From contig CAZLQX010000004.1 in assembly GCA_964561935.1 (NCBI GenBank), positions 157,414 through 221,413 on the forward strand: a stretch of DNA of 64,000 nt. Reading direction: 5' to 3'. The notes below the pieces were generated by a model. It did not search any database. It had not been told where the DNA came from and saw nothing but the letters and a program-made list of their open reading frames with translations. Within the stretch, counting starts at the first letter, position 1. Each line of letters starts with the position of its first letter. Both the position numbers and the translations under genes were made by a program. Of this stretch, positions 26,020 through 35,018 are shown piece after piece. Source of the DNA: an uncultured Holophagales bacterium. GTDB lineage: Bacteria; Acidobacteriota; Thermoanaerobaculia; UBA5066.

Positions 26020-26765
26020 GGACGATCGACCTGAACGCCGACGTCGGCGAGCTCGGGGAGCTCGCGTCGGTCGAGGAGGAGCTCCTCGAGGTCGTCACCT
26101 CCGTGAACGTCGCCTGCGGCGGGCACGCGGGAGACGAGGCCTCGATGGAGCGCGTCGTCCGCGCGGCGCTCGCGCGCGGCGTCGCGATCGGCGCGCACCC
26201 CTCGTACCCCGACCGCGCCGGCTTCGGCCGACGCGCGATGAGCCTGCCGGGCGGGCTCCTCGCCGGAACGGTCGCCGAGCAGGTCGCGGCCCTCCTCGAG
26301 GTCGCGGCCCGCTGCGGCGCGCGCCTCTCCCACGTCAAGCCGCACGGCGCGCTCTACAACGCCGCCGCGAAGGACCCGGACCTCGCGCGCGCCTTCGCCG
26401 AGGGGGTCGCGCGTGTCGCGCCGGGCGTCGTCCTCGTCGGTCTCGCCGGCTCGGAGATGCTCGAGACCTTCGCCGGGGCGGGCTTCCGGGTCGCCGGGGA
26501 GGCGTTCGCGGACCGGGGCTACGAGCCGGACGGCTCGCTCACCCCCCGCGGCCGGCCGGGAGCGCTGAAGGAGACGCCGGAAGAGGCGGCCCGCCAGGCG
26601 CTCTCGATCGCGCTCGAGAGGGAGGTCGTGGCGGCCGGCGGCGCGCGCGTGCCGCTTCACGCGCAGACGATCTGCCTCCACTCGGACACGCCGGGCGCGC
26701 CCGCCTTCGCGCGAGCGATTGCGGAGCGGCTCCGGGCAGCGGGGGTCGGGATCCGGGCGCTCTGA
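26016..26765 (+). CDS. pxpA: 5-oxoprolinase subunit A (PxpA, LamB/YcsF family).
   Basis: VRTIDLNADVGE...VNVACGGHAGD...HVKPHGALYN motifs. GTG start overlaps the MFS stop. Confidence 0.88.
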   Translation: MRTIDLNADVGELGELASVEEELLEVVTSVNVACGGHAGDEASMERVVRAALARGVAIGAHPSYPDRAGFGRRAMSLPGGLLAGTVAEQVAALLEVAARCGARLSHVKPHGALYNAAAKDPDLARAFAEGVARVAPGVVLVGLAGSEMLETFAGAGFRVAGEAFADRGYEPDGSLTPRGRPGALKETPEEAARQALSIALEREVVAAGGARVPLHAQTICLHSDTPGAPAFARAIAERLRAAGVGIRAL

Positions 26766-26837
26766 GGGGCGCTCCGACGGCCGCCCGACGTCTCGCGCCC
26801 GGCCGCTCCGTCGCGCCGCACCCGAAAGAGAAGCGGC

Positions 26838-26862
26838 CCCGGTGAGGCCGGGGCCGCGGGCG
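26838..26862. terminator. GC-rich stem-loop between convergent pxpA and lipoprotein genes. Candidate bidirectional terminator.
   Basis: gcggccccgg-tgagg-ccggggccgc, a perfect 10-bp stem. No U-tract. Confidence 0.4.
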
Positions 26863-26892
26863 CCGCGAGCGGCGCGAGGTCGGGAAAGGGCG

Positions 26893-27507
26893 CTACTTCG
26901 CCGGGGCGGCGGCAGGGGCCTCCGCCGGGGCCGGCGGCTGCATGCCGACGAGGCCCATGATCTCGGTCGCCTTCTCCTTCAGGCCGCCCGCCTTCGCCAT
27001 CGCGTCGACGAGGTTCCCGCCGGTGAAGGCCGCGGAGGCCTCCTCCCACGACTTCGTGAGGCCGGCGAGGCCGTCCTTGGCCTGCGTCAGCTTCGCAGCG
27101 TCGAGCCCCTTGGGGAGCTTCTTGGCGGCGCCGAGCTCGGCGACCTTCGTCGTGATCGCGCCGAGCATCTGCGGGAAGGAGCCGGAGAGGTCGGTCCAGG
27201 CCTTCGTCAGCTCGTCCTTCTTGGCGGCGGCGGCGGCAGCGAGGTCCTTCGCCTTCGTGCCGAGCTCGGTGGCGGCAGCGAGGGCGCCCTTGTAGTCGCC
27301 CTTGGCGAACTGGTCCTTGGCGGCGGTGAGGGCGTCCTTCGCGGCGGTGAGCTGGTCGGGGACGAACTTCTCGGCCTCGGGGGCGGCGGCGGTGATCGCC
27401 TCGTCGGCGGCCTTGATCGCCATGTCGGCGGGACCCTTGTCGGCGTTGCAGGCGGCGAGGCCGACCGCGAGCAGGGCGCACGCGACGAGGGCGAGGGTCT
27501 TCTTCAT
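26893..27507 (-). CDS. Ala/Lys-rich helical lipoprotein.
   Basis: Signal peptide with lipobox MKKTLALVACALLAVGLAAC. Low-complexity but codon-biased helical sequence. Confidence 0.7.
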   Translation of the reverse strand: MKKTLALVACALLAVGLAACNADKGPADMAIKAADEAITAAAPEAEKFVPDQLTAAKDALTAAKDQFAKGDYKGALAAATELGTKAKDLAAAAAAKKDELTKAWTDLSGSFPQMLGAITTKVAELGAAKKLPKGLDAAKLTQAKDGLAGLTKSWEEASAAFTGGNLVDAMAKAGGLKEKATEIMGLVGMQPPAPAEAPAAAPAK

Positions 27508-27573
27508 GCGGTGTCTCCTTCGAGCTATCGATTCCGCTTCCTGCGCGGGTCTTCTAGATTAGCTCCGTTCGGG

Positions 27574-28599
27574 TCAACGGGTCTCGGTGACTTTGGAGAT
27601 TCCCCTCGGGGAGTCGGGATCGAGCCCGCGGGCACGGGAGGCGTGGAAGGCGAGGAGCTGCCCGGGGACGACGGCGACGATCGGGGAGAGGAGCTCGGGG
27701 AGCCGCGGGAGCGGGAGGCTTCCCCGGCGGCGGGGGCCGATCAGAAGGACCGGGCTCCCGCGTCGCTCCAGCTCGGCGGCGAGCTCGGCGAGGTCGCCCC
27801 CGGTCGCCGTCCCGGGTGGCGAGACGACGACGGCGGGAAGGCCGGGGCCGGCGAGGGCGATCGGGCCGTGCCGGAAGTCGGCGCCCGAGAGCGCCTCGGC
27901 GTCGAGGAGGGCGAGCTCCTTCAGCTTCAGCGCGATCTCGTGCGCCGTCGGGTAGTTCAGGCCGCGGGAGAGGACGACGAGCCGGGCGGCCTTCGCGATC
28001 CGCGAGGCGGCGCGGCGCGCCGCCCCCTCGACGCCGAGCGTCTCCGCCACGGCGTCGGGGAGGGCGCCGAGCCCCTCGGCGTGCCGCCGCGACGGCGCGA
28101 GAGCGGAGGCGAGGAGGGCCACGGCGAGGAGCTGTGCGGTGTAGGTCTTCGTGGCGGCGATGCTCCGCTCGACGCCCGCGTGGAGCGGAATGACGTCGGC
28201 GGCGGCGCGCGCGAGGGGACTCTCCGGGTCGTTCACGATCGCGAGCGTCGGGACGCCCTCCCGGCGGGCGGAAGCGACGGTCTCGACGACGTCGGGCGAG
28301 CGCCCCGACTGCGAGATGCCGATGACGAGCGCTCCCTTCAGGCGGGGCGGGCTGTCGTAGAGCGTCACGAGCGACGGGCCGGCGAGGGCGACGGGAAGGC
28401 GGCAGGCGAGGCCGAGGGCGTACTGAGCGTAGCGGGCGGCGTTGTCGGAGGTGCCGCGCGCGGCGATCAGGACGAACCGCGGGTCGCGACGGCGGAGCGC
28501 CCGCGCGATCCGGCGGACGTTCGGCCCCTCGCGGACGAGGAGGCGCGCGAGGACGTCCGGCTGCTCGGCGATCTCGGAGCGGAGGACGGAACGGCTCAT
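27574..28599 (-). CDS. SIS-domain sugar-phosphate isomerase/deaminase (GlmS C-terminal/AgaS-like, two SIS domains).
   Basis: LIAARGTSDNAARYAQY and GISQSGRSPDV (first SIS); VVLSRGLNYPTAHEIALKLKE (second SIS). Confidence 0.8.
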   Translation of the reverse strand: MSRSVLRSEIAEQPDVLARLLVREGPNVRRIARALRRRDPRFVLIAARGTSDNAARYAQYALGLACRLPVALAGPSLVTLYDSPPRLKGALVIGISQSGRSPDVVETVASARREGVPTLAIVNDPESPLARAAADVIPLHAGVERSIAATKTYTAQLLAVALLASALAPSRRHAEGLGALPDAVAETLGVEGAARRAASRIAKAARLVVLSRGLNYPTAHEIALKLKELALLDAEALSGADFRHGPIALAGPGLPAVVVSPPGTATGGDLAELAAELERRGSPVLLIGPRRRGSLPLPRLPELLSPIVAVVPGQLLAFHASRARGLDPDSPRGISKVTETR

Positions 28600-28665
28600 C
28601 GGGGCTCCTCCCTGCGCGGGACGGCCGCCGGGCGGGCGGCGTCGGAGTCGGGGACGCTCACCGGG

Positions 28666-29079
28666 TCACGCGGCGTCCGTGTCGTCGACCTGGCCCGTCA
28701 CCCGCCTCTTCACGAACGAGAAGGAGAGGCCGACGGCGAGCGTCGCCGCGAGACAGGCGAGGACGATCCAGGCGAGCGTCGCGCCCTCGACGTCGGTCCC
28801 CCTCAGGTCGACGAAGAGCCAGATGAGGACGCCGAAGAACGCGGCGGCGAGCGCCGTCCCGACGTGGCCGAGCGAGCGGAGCGTCGCCTTCACGCAGAAG
28901 ACCCAGCCCGCCGCGAGCGCGAGACCGGCGAGGACCTTGAGCGGGAGCGGGCCGCCGCCGGCGCCCCGCACCCAGTGGACGTACGACCATCCCGACGGGT
29001 TGTACGTGGCGAAGACGAGCAGGACGGCGGCGAGGAGCCGCACGAGGAACCCCGGGATCGAGACGCCGAGTCCGGCCAA
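28666..29079 (-). CDS. Small integral membrane protein (4 TM helices).
   Basis: Hydrophobic helices with Trp-rich interfaces. Codon bias is consistent with coding. Confidence 0.55.
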   Translation of the reverse strand: MAGLGVSIPGFLVRLLAAVLLVFATYNPSGWSYVHWVRGAGGGPLPLKVLAGLALAAGWVFCVKATLRSLGHVGTALAAAFFGVLIWLFVDLRGTDVEGATLAWIVLACLAATLAVGLSFSFVKRRVTGQVDDTDAA

Positions 29080-29124
29080 GGAAACCTCCTCGTTCGGGAG
29101 TCCGCCCTCCAGTCTAGCGGACCG

Positions 29125-30162
29125 TCACCTCCCGAGGTGCTTCTCGAGGAATGCCCAGATCTCCCGCCGCGACTCCTTCGCGAGGCCGGTGTCGATCCGG
29201 TTGAAGGAGTGCCCGGCCGGCGCGTCCTTGTAGATGCGGACCTCGAACTCCTTCCCGGCCGCCTTCAGCGCGGCGACGAGGTTCTCGGTCTCGATCACGT
29301 TCACGTCGCGGTCGTTCGTCGTCGCGTGGACGAGGAGCGGCGTCTTCAGCTTCGCGGCCCAGAAGACCGGGCTCCGGCGGCGGTACTCGTCGACGTCCTC
29401 GACGACCTTCTTCCCGACGTGGTGCTTCGCGGCGAAGAGGTCCTCGTAGCTCTGCTCGTGGTAGCCGAGGCGCGTGACGAGGTCGGTGACCGGGACGCCC
29501 GCGTAGGCGGCACGGAACCTCTCCGGGTGGTGCATCGCGGCGAGGAGGGCGATGAGGCCGCCGTGGCTCCAGCCCGCGATCGCGGCCCGCTTCCCGTCGA
29601 CGTACGGCAGCTCGGAGACGGCCCAGTCGAGCCCGGCGACGACGTCGTCGACCTCGAGCCCGCCGTAGTCGATCGCGTCGTGGAAGCCCTTGCCGTAGCC
29701 GGTCGAGCCGCGGTACTCGGGGGCGAGGACGACCCACCCCTTCTCGAGCATCTCCTTCACGATGTGGACGTGGTAGGTGCCGAAGTCGCCGTGGACGCCG
29801 CCGTGCGGCAGGACGACGACCGGGTACTTCCGCCCCGCCTCGCGCTTCTTCGGCGCGAAGACGTACTGCGCGAAGCGGATCGGGTGGCGGTCGTTCGCGA
29901 TGCCGTATCGGGGCGTCGCGCGCGGGTTCGGGGGGCCGGCGACGTTCACCTTGTCGATCTCGGCGACGTCGCCGAGCCGGAGCCAGAAGAGGGCGTCGTC
30001 CGAGGACTTCCGGACCTGGTCGAGGTCGTACTCGAGGCTCTCGATCCGCTGCTCGAGCGCCTTCAGCCGCGCCGCGGCGTCGGCCGGCTCGTCGGCGGCG
30101 GCGGACGCGGCGATCGCCGCGAAGGCTGCGAGGAGGAGGGCGCTGGCGACGCGATGGCGCAT
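29125..30162 (-). CDS. Secreted S9 family (prolyl oligopeptidase/dipeptidyl aminopeptidase-like) alpha/beta hydrolase.
   Basis: Signal peptide MRHRVASALLLAAFAAIAASAAAD. GWSHGG nucleophile elbow, catalytic Asp/His region NDRDVNV...GHSF. The ORF track over-extends the N-terminus. Confidence 0.82.
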   Translation of the reverse strand: MRHRVASALLLAAFAAIAASAAADEPADAAARLKALEQRIESLEYDLDQVRKSSDDALFWLRLGDVAEIDKVNVAGPPNPRATPRYGIANDRHPIRFAQYVFAPKKREAGRKYPVVVLPHGGVHGDFGTYHVHIVKEMLEKGWVVLAPEYRGSTGYGKGFHDAIDYGGLEVDDVVAGLDWAVSELPYVDGKRAAIAGWSHGGLIALLAAMHHPERFRAAYAGVPVTDLVTRLGYHEQSYEDLFAAKHHVGKKVVEDVDEYRRRSPVFWAAKLKTPLLVHATTNDRDVNVIETENLVAALKAAGKEFEVRIYKDAPAGHSFNRIDTGLAKESRREIWAFLEKHLGR

Positions 30163-30316
30163 GGGAACCTCCCGCCGCCCCGGTCGGGCCGGGGCGAACC
30201 GGTCGGGAAGAGTAGCAGCGGCGGACGGAGGCGGCCCGTCCGGGCGGCGCGCCGCCGCCCGGACGACCGTACGATTCCCGCCGTCCTCCGGTAGAGTGCG
30301 CTCAACGGGACGGACG

Positions 30317-31066
30317 ATGGCGGGACGCACGATCGCGATCGGGGACGTGCACGGCGACGCGGAGGCGCTCGACAGGCTCCTCGCCCGTCTCCCCGTCCTC
30401 CTCCCGGAGGACACGCTCCTCTTCGTCGGCGACTACGTCGACCGCGGTCCGAACGCGGCGGCCGTCGTCCGGCGGGTCCGTGCCCTCCCCTCCGAGGTCG
30501 CGGCGCGCGTCGTCTTCCTCCGGGGGAACCACGAGGACGCCTGGCTCAGGGCCTGCCGCGTCGGGGCGCCCGAGTTCGTCCTCCCGCGCGGGAACGGCTG
30601 CTACGCGACGTACCGCTCGTTCACGGGGGGCGCGGTCCCCGCACCGGGCGAAGGGCCGGCGGCCGAGGAGCTCCGGGCGATGGCGACGGGCGCGTTCCTC
30701 CCCGCCGACGTCGTCGCCTGGATGGAGTCCCTGCCGCTCTTCCACGAGGACGAGCACGCGATCTACGTCCACGCCGGCCTCCCCTCCGACGGCGAGCGCT
30801 GGCTCCACCCCTCCGAGGTGAAGGACCCGCGGCCGCTCCTGTGGCAGAGGAGCCGGGCGTTCTACGAGGGCTACTCCGGCAAGCGGGTCGTCTTCGGGCA
30901 CACGCCCGTGCGAAAGCTCCCGCAGGAGCAGTCCTCCCACACCCCCGCGGATCCCCTCGACGTCTACTTCACCCCGTCGCTCGTCGGCCTCGACACGGGC
31001 GCGGGGATGGGCGGGTTCCTGTCCGCGGTCGAGCTCCCTTCCCAAACGGTCTACGACTCGCGCTGA
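30317..31066 (+). CDS. Metallophosphoesterase, PPP-family Ser/Thr phosphatase/ApaH-like.
   Basis: GDVHGD, GDYVDRG, GNHE and VFGHTP motifs. Confidence 0.82.
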   Translation: MAGRTIAIGDVHGDAEALDRLLARLPVLLPEDTLLFVGDYVDRGPNAAAVVRRVRALPSEVAARVVFLRGNHEDAWLRACRVGAPEFVLPRGNGCYATYRSFTGGAVPAPGEGPAAEELRAMATGAFLPADVVAWMESLPLFHEDEHAIYVHAGLPSDGERWLHPSEVKDPRPLLWQRSRAFYEGYSGKRVVFGHTPVRKLPQEQSSHTPADPLDVYFTPSLVGLDTGAGMGGFLSAVELPSQTVYDSR

Positions 31067-31108
31067 AGGGTCGCGCCCGCCGAGGATCGGGCGGCCCGAG
31101 GACGGAGG

Positions 31109-32665
31109 ATGGACGACGGCGACCGGCTCAACGAAGGGCTTCCCCGCGAGCTCGCCTCCCTCTGGGCGCTCCTCGCCGGCGACGGGGGGACCCTCGGGGA
31201 GCCGGCCCGCCTCCTCGGCGCGATCCTCGACACGGGGGCCGTCCTGATGTCGGCCCTCGACCGCGAGCACCGCTTCGTCTTCTGGAACCGGGGCGCGGAG
31301 AGGATCACCGGCTACTCGCGAGAGGAGGTCCTCGGCGGCTCGACGGTCCTCGCGTCGATCTATCCCGACGAGGAGTACCGCCGCCACGCGCGGGCCGTGC
31401 GGGAGCGCGTCATGCGCGGCGAGCCGGCGGACGGCGTCCCGCTCCGGATCCGGCGGAAGGACGGCGCCGACCGGACTCTCTCCTTCTACTCGAGGGGCGT
31501 CCGCGGGCGCGACGGAGAGCCGCTCGGCCTCGTGAACGTCGCGATCGACGTCACGGAGGCGCGCGCGGCGGAGGCAGCCCTCCGCGAGAGCGAGGAGCGC
31601 TTCCGGGCGCTCTTCGAGACGATGACCGAGGGGGTCGCCCTCCACCGGCTCCTCGTCGACGAGCGCGGCGCGCCGTGCGACTACGTCGTCACGGGGGCGA
31701 ACGCGGCCTACTTCGCCCACACCGGGATCCGGCGGGAGGAGGCCGTCGGGCGCCGCGCCTCGGAGCTCTACGGGACGGAGACGGCGCCGTACCTCGACGT
31801 CTTCGGGAGGGTCGCGACGACAGGAGAGCCGGCCCGGATGGAGGTCCGCTTCGAGCCGATGGGGCGCCACTTCCGGATCCTCGTCTTCTCGCCCGCGAGG
31901 GGGGAGTTCGCGACGGTCTTCGAGGACGTCACGGCCTCGCGGGAGATGGAGACGGCGCTCACGGCATCGAACGAGGAGCTGAGGGCCCGGAACGAGGAGC
32001 TCGACGCCTACGCGCACACCGTCGCTCACGACCTGAAGAACCCCGTCTCGGCGATCCTCGGATTCGCCGAGCACCTCTCCCAGGACGCCGCCACCGTCCC
32101 CGAGGGGGAGCGCCGCGAGGCGCTCGAGGCGATCGCCCGGAGCGCGGCGAAGATGCAGGAGATCGTCGACGACCTCCTCCTCCTCGGCGAGGCGCGGCGC
32201 GCCGTCGTCGCGTGCCGGCCGGTCGACCTCCGCGCGGTCGTGACGGAGAGCCTCCAGGGGCTCGGGCACGAGGTCCGCCGGCTCGGCGCCGCGGTGCGCA
32301 TGCCGGACGCCTGGCCGACGCCGCTCGGCCACGCGCCGTGGGTGGAGCGGGCCGTCACGAACTACCTGAGCAACGCGCTGAAGTACGGCGGGCGTCCGCC
32401 GAGGGTCGAGGTCGTGTGCGAGGCCCTCGACGACCTCCGTGTCCGCGTCGCCGTCCGCGATGACGGGCGCGGCCTGACGAGGGAGGAGCTCGGGCGCACC
32501 TTCGTTCCGTTCACACGGCTGGCCCGAGAGACGGCCGAAGGGCACGGCCTCGGCCTCTCCATCGTCCGCCGCCTCGTCGAGCGGATGGGGGGCGAGGTCG
32601 GCGTCGAGAGCGAGGGGCGTCCCGGAGGGGGCTGCACCTTCTGGTTCACGCTTCCGCGAGCCTGA
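31109..32665 (+). CDS. Sensor histidine kinase with tandem PAS domains.
   Basis: Two PAS/PAC units. HisKA H-box AYAHTVAHDLKNP. HATPase N, G1 and G2 boxes (NYLSNALKYGG, DDGRGL, GHGLGLSIV). Confidence 0.9.
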   Translation: MDDGDRLNEGLPRELASLWALLAGDGGTLGEPARLLGAILDTGAVLMSALDREHRFVFWNRGAERITGYSREEVLGGSTVLASIYPDEEYRRHARAVRERVMRGEPADGVPLRIRRKDGADRTLSFYSRGVRGRDGEPLGLVNVAIDVTEARAAEAALRESEERFRALFETMTEGVALHRLLVDERGAPCDYVVTGANAAYFAHTGIRREEAVGRRASELYGTETAPYLDVFGRVATTGEPARMEVRFEPMGRHFRILVFSPARGEFATVFEDVTASREMETALTASNEELRARNEELDAYAHTVAHDLKNPVSAILGFAEHLSQDAATVPEGERREALEAIARSAAKMQEIVDDLLLLGEARRAVVACRPVDLRAVVTESLQGLGHEVRRLGAAVRMPDAWPTPLGHAPWVERAVTNYLSNALKYGGRPPRVEVVCEALDDLRVRVAVRDDGRGLTREELGRTFVPFTRLARETAEGHGLGLSIVRRLVERMGGEVGVESEGRPGGGCTFWFTLPRA

Positions 32666-32780
32666 GTCCCGTCCGCGCTCGTCGCCGCCGAAGGCCGCGA
32701 TCGGGTCCGGCCGGAGGCGTGGCCCGCCCCGGCCTCGCGCGCCCTCCTGGCCGGCCCGGTGTCAGGTCGCGGCCCGGGCT

Positions 32781-33539
32781 TCAGTAGTCGTCGGGCGACG
32801 GGAGCTCCGGGTGGCGCGCCGCGGCCTCGTCGGCGGCCTTCCTCGCGCCGCTCCGAAGCGCCTCGAGACGGCCCTTCCGGGCCGCGTCTCCCTCGCTCCG
32901 CGCGGCCTCGAGCTCGAGCTCGAGGGCCCGCAGGCGCAGAGCGTGGCTCGCGACGGCGTCCGCGTCGAGCGCGAGCGCCGCCTCGAGGCGTTCGCGGGCG
33001 CGCCCCGCGAGACGACCCGCCTCGGCGGGGCGTCCGGCGGCCCGCGCGCGAGCCGCCCGGGAGAGGAGCGGCTCCGTGGCGGAGCGGAGCGCGGCGGCCC
33101 GGACCGCGGGGGCGAGGAGCCGGTTCGCGGCGCGGGTCGTGAGCCATCGCTCGCGCCCCGCCTCGTCCCCGACCTTTTCGAAGAGGCGCGGTACGGCCTG
33201 CGCGTACTCCTCGTTCCCGGGGTCGGCGGCGAGGAGCTCGTCCCAGATCCCGACGACCGTGGCGAGGCGCGCGCGGTTCGGCACGGAGAGGTCGTTCTCG
33301 GCGAGGAGCTCGCCGAGGGCACGCGCGCGGAGGACGGAGTAGGACGGGCGGGTCGGGTCGAGGGCGACCGCCCGGCCGAACGCCTCGGCGGCCTTCAGGA
33401 GCTCGCCGGCCGAGAAGGCGCGGCTGCCGGCCTCCGCTTCGGCCCGCGCCGCGGCCTCGTCCCCGCGGACGGGCCGCGCGGCCGCGAGGAGGAGCGCCGC
33501 GAGGAGGAGAGGGGCGGAGAGGGCGGGGCGCGCGCGCAT
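32781..33539 (-). CDS. Secreted TPR-like repeat protein. Last gene of the DUF1800-DUF1501 operon.
   Basis: Signal peptide MRARPALSAPLLLAALLLAAARPVRG. Ala/Leu/Arg-rich helical repeats. Starts 8 nt after the DUF1501 stop. Confidence 0.6.
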   Translation of the reverse strand: MRARPALSAPLLLAALLLAAARPVRGDEAAARAEAEAGSRAFSAGELLKAAEAFGRAVALDPTRPSYSVLRARALGELLAENDLSVPNRARLATVVGIWDELLAADPGNEEYAQAVPRLFEKVGDEAGRERWLTTRAANRLLAPAVRAAALRSATEPLLSRAARARAAGRPAEAGRLAGRARERLEAALALDADAVASHALRLRALELELEAARSEGDAARKGRLEALRSGARKAADEAAARHPELPSPDDY

Positions 33540-33547
33540 CGCCGGTC

Positions 33548-35014
33548 TCACGCGCAGCCGGGGACGCCCGCCCCCGGGGGATTCAGGAAGCCGAGGTCCG
33601 CCGGGGCGAAGCGGTGGAGGTTCGGGAAGACGGCCGGGAGGTTCGCGTCGGAGACGCCGAACCAGCGGGCGAGCGTCGCGGCGTACTGGTCGACCGCGAC
33701 GGACGGGATCCACCGGCCGCGGGAGTCCGTGTCGCTCGTGCCGGCGACGTCGCCGAGGGCGAGGGAGGGGAAGATCGAGCCGTTCGGCCCGTTCACGCCG
33801 TAGAAGTTCCCGCCCTTGACCGCGCCGCCGACGACGAGGTGGTGGCTCCCCCAGGCGTGGTCGGTCCCGACGGAGCCGGAGCCCGACCCGGCGGGCTGGA
33901 GAGTCCGGCTGAAGTCGGAGAGCGTGAAGGACGTCACGCGGTCGCCGTAGCCGAGGTCCTCCATCGTCAGCTGGAAGGCGTTCAGCGCCTGGCTCAGGCC
34001 GTCGAAGAGGGCCGCCTGCTCGGAGATCTGGTTCTGGTGGGTGTCGTAGCCCCCCTGCTGGACGAAGAAGACCTGGCGGTTCAGGCCGAGGCCGGCCGAG
34101 TCGCGGTTCAGCTTGACGAGCTTCGCGACCTGCTTCAGCTGCCGGGAGATCGACGTCGAGAGGCCGGAGAAGCGGTCGGGCGAGAGCGTCGGGTCGGTCC
34201 CGAAGAGCGCCGCGATGTCGAACGCCTGCTGGAGCGTTTCGCTCGAGGCGCGGACGAGCGGGAGGTGAGCGTCCTGCCCCCGGATCGCGTCGAACGCGGC
34301 CCGGCGCGCGACGGACTCGGCGCTCGAGCTGAAGCCCGAGAGGACGAAGACGTTGTTCAGAGCCGTCCCGGAATCGGGGACGGCGAGGGGCCGCGTCGCG
34401 ACCCCCTGGGCGAAGACGTTGATCCCCGCGACGGAGATCGGCATCGGGAGGATCGCGCCCGGGTTCGCGCAGGCGAGGACGTCGGCGACCCGGCCGCCCC
34501 AGCCGGTCTGGACCCGGGTGTCGGCGCGCGAGGTCTGCCAGATCCCCTGCTGGTCCGAGTGGGAGAAGAGCTGGTAGGGCTTCTTCTTCGCGGCGTTCCG
34601 GTAGTCGGCGCGGGTCGGGAGCGGCTCGACGAGCGTCCCGACGTTGCAGACGACGGCGGCCTTCCCCTGCCCCCAGAGCGCGTGGAGCTCGGAGAGCTGC
34701 GGGTGGAGGCCGAACGTCGCCCCGCCCATCGCCGGGGGAGTCACCGTGAGGAGCTGCGCCTGCGGGATCGCGAGAGAGGCGGCGCTCCGGACCGCGGAAT
34801 AGGCGGCGTAGCCCGTCACCGGGACGACCATGTTGTTCGAGTCGTTCCCGCCGGCGAGGAAGACGGCGACGAGCGCCTTGTAGTCGGTCGGCGCGAGCGG
34901 CGCGGCGAGGGCCGCCATCGCCGAGAGCCGGCTCGCGGCCGCGCTGCGGGCGAAGAGGCCGAGGGCGGCGCAGCCGCCGAGGGAGAGGAGGTCGCGGCGA
35001 GAGATCGACGTCAT
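33548..35014 (-). CDS. DUF1501 domain protein with a Tat signal.
   Basis: Twin-arginine motif SRRDLLSLGG. Conserved GGYDTHQNQ and HAWGSHHLVVGGAVKGGNFYG blocks. Confidence 0.88.
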   Translation of the reverse strand: MTSISRRDLLSLGGCAALGLFARSAAASRLSAMAALAAPLAPTDYKALVAVFLAGGNDSNNMVVPVTGYAAYSAVRSAASLAIPQAQLLTVTPPAMGGATFGLHPQLSELHALWGQGKAAVVCNVGTLVEPLPTRADYRNAAKKKPYQLFSHSDQQGIWQTSRADTRVQTGWGGRVADVLACANPGAILPMPISVAGINVFAQGVATRPLAVPDSGTALNNVFVLSGFSSSAESVARRAAFDAIRGQDAHLPLVRASSETLQQAFDIAALFGTDPTLSPDRFSGLSTSISRQLKQVAKLVKLNRDSAGLGLNRQVFFVQQGGYDTHQNQISEQAALFDGLSQALNAFQLTMEDLGYGDRVTSFTLSDFSRTLQPAGSGSGSVGTDHAWGSHHLVVGGAVKGGNFYGVNGPNGSIFPSLALGDVAGTSDTDSRGRWIPSVAVDQYAATLARWFGVSDANLPAVFPNLHRFAPADLGFLNPPGAGVPGCA

Positions 35015-35018
35015 GGCT

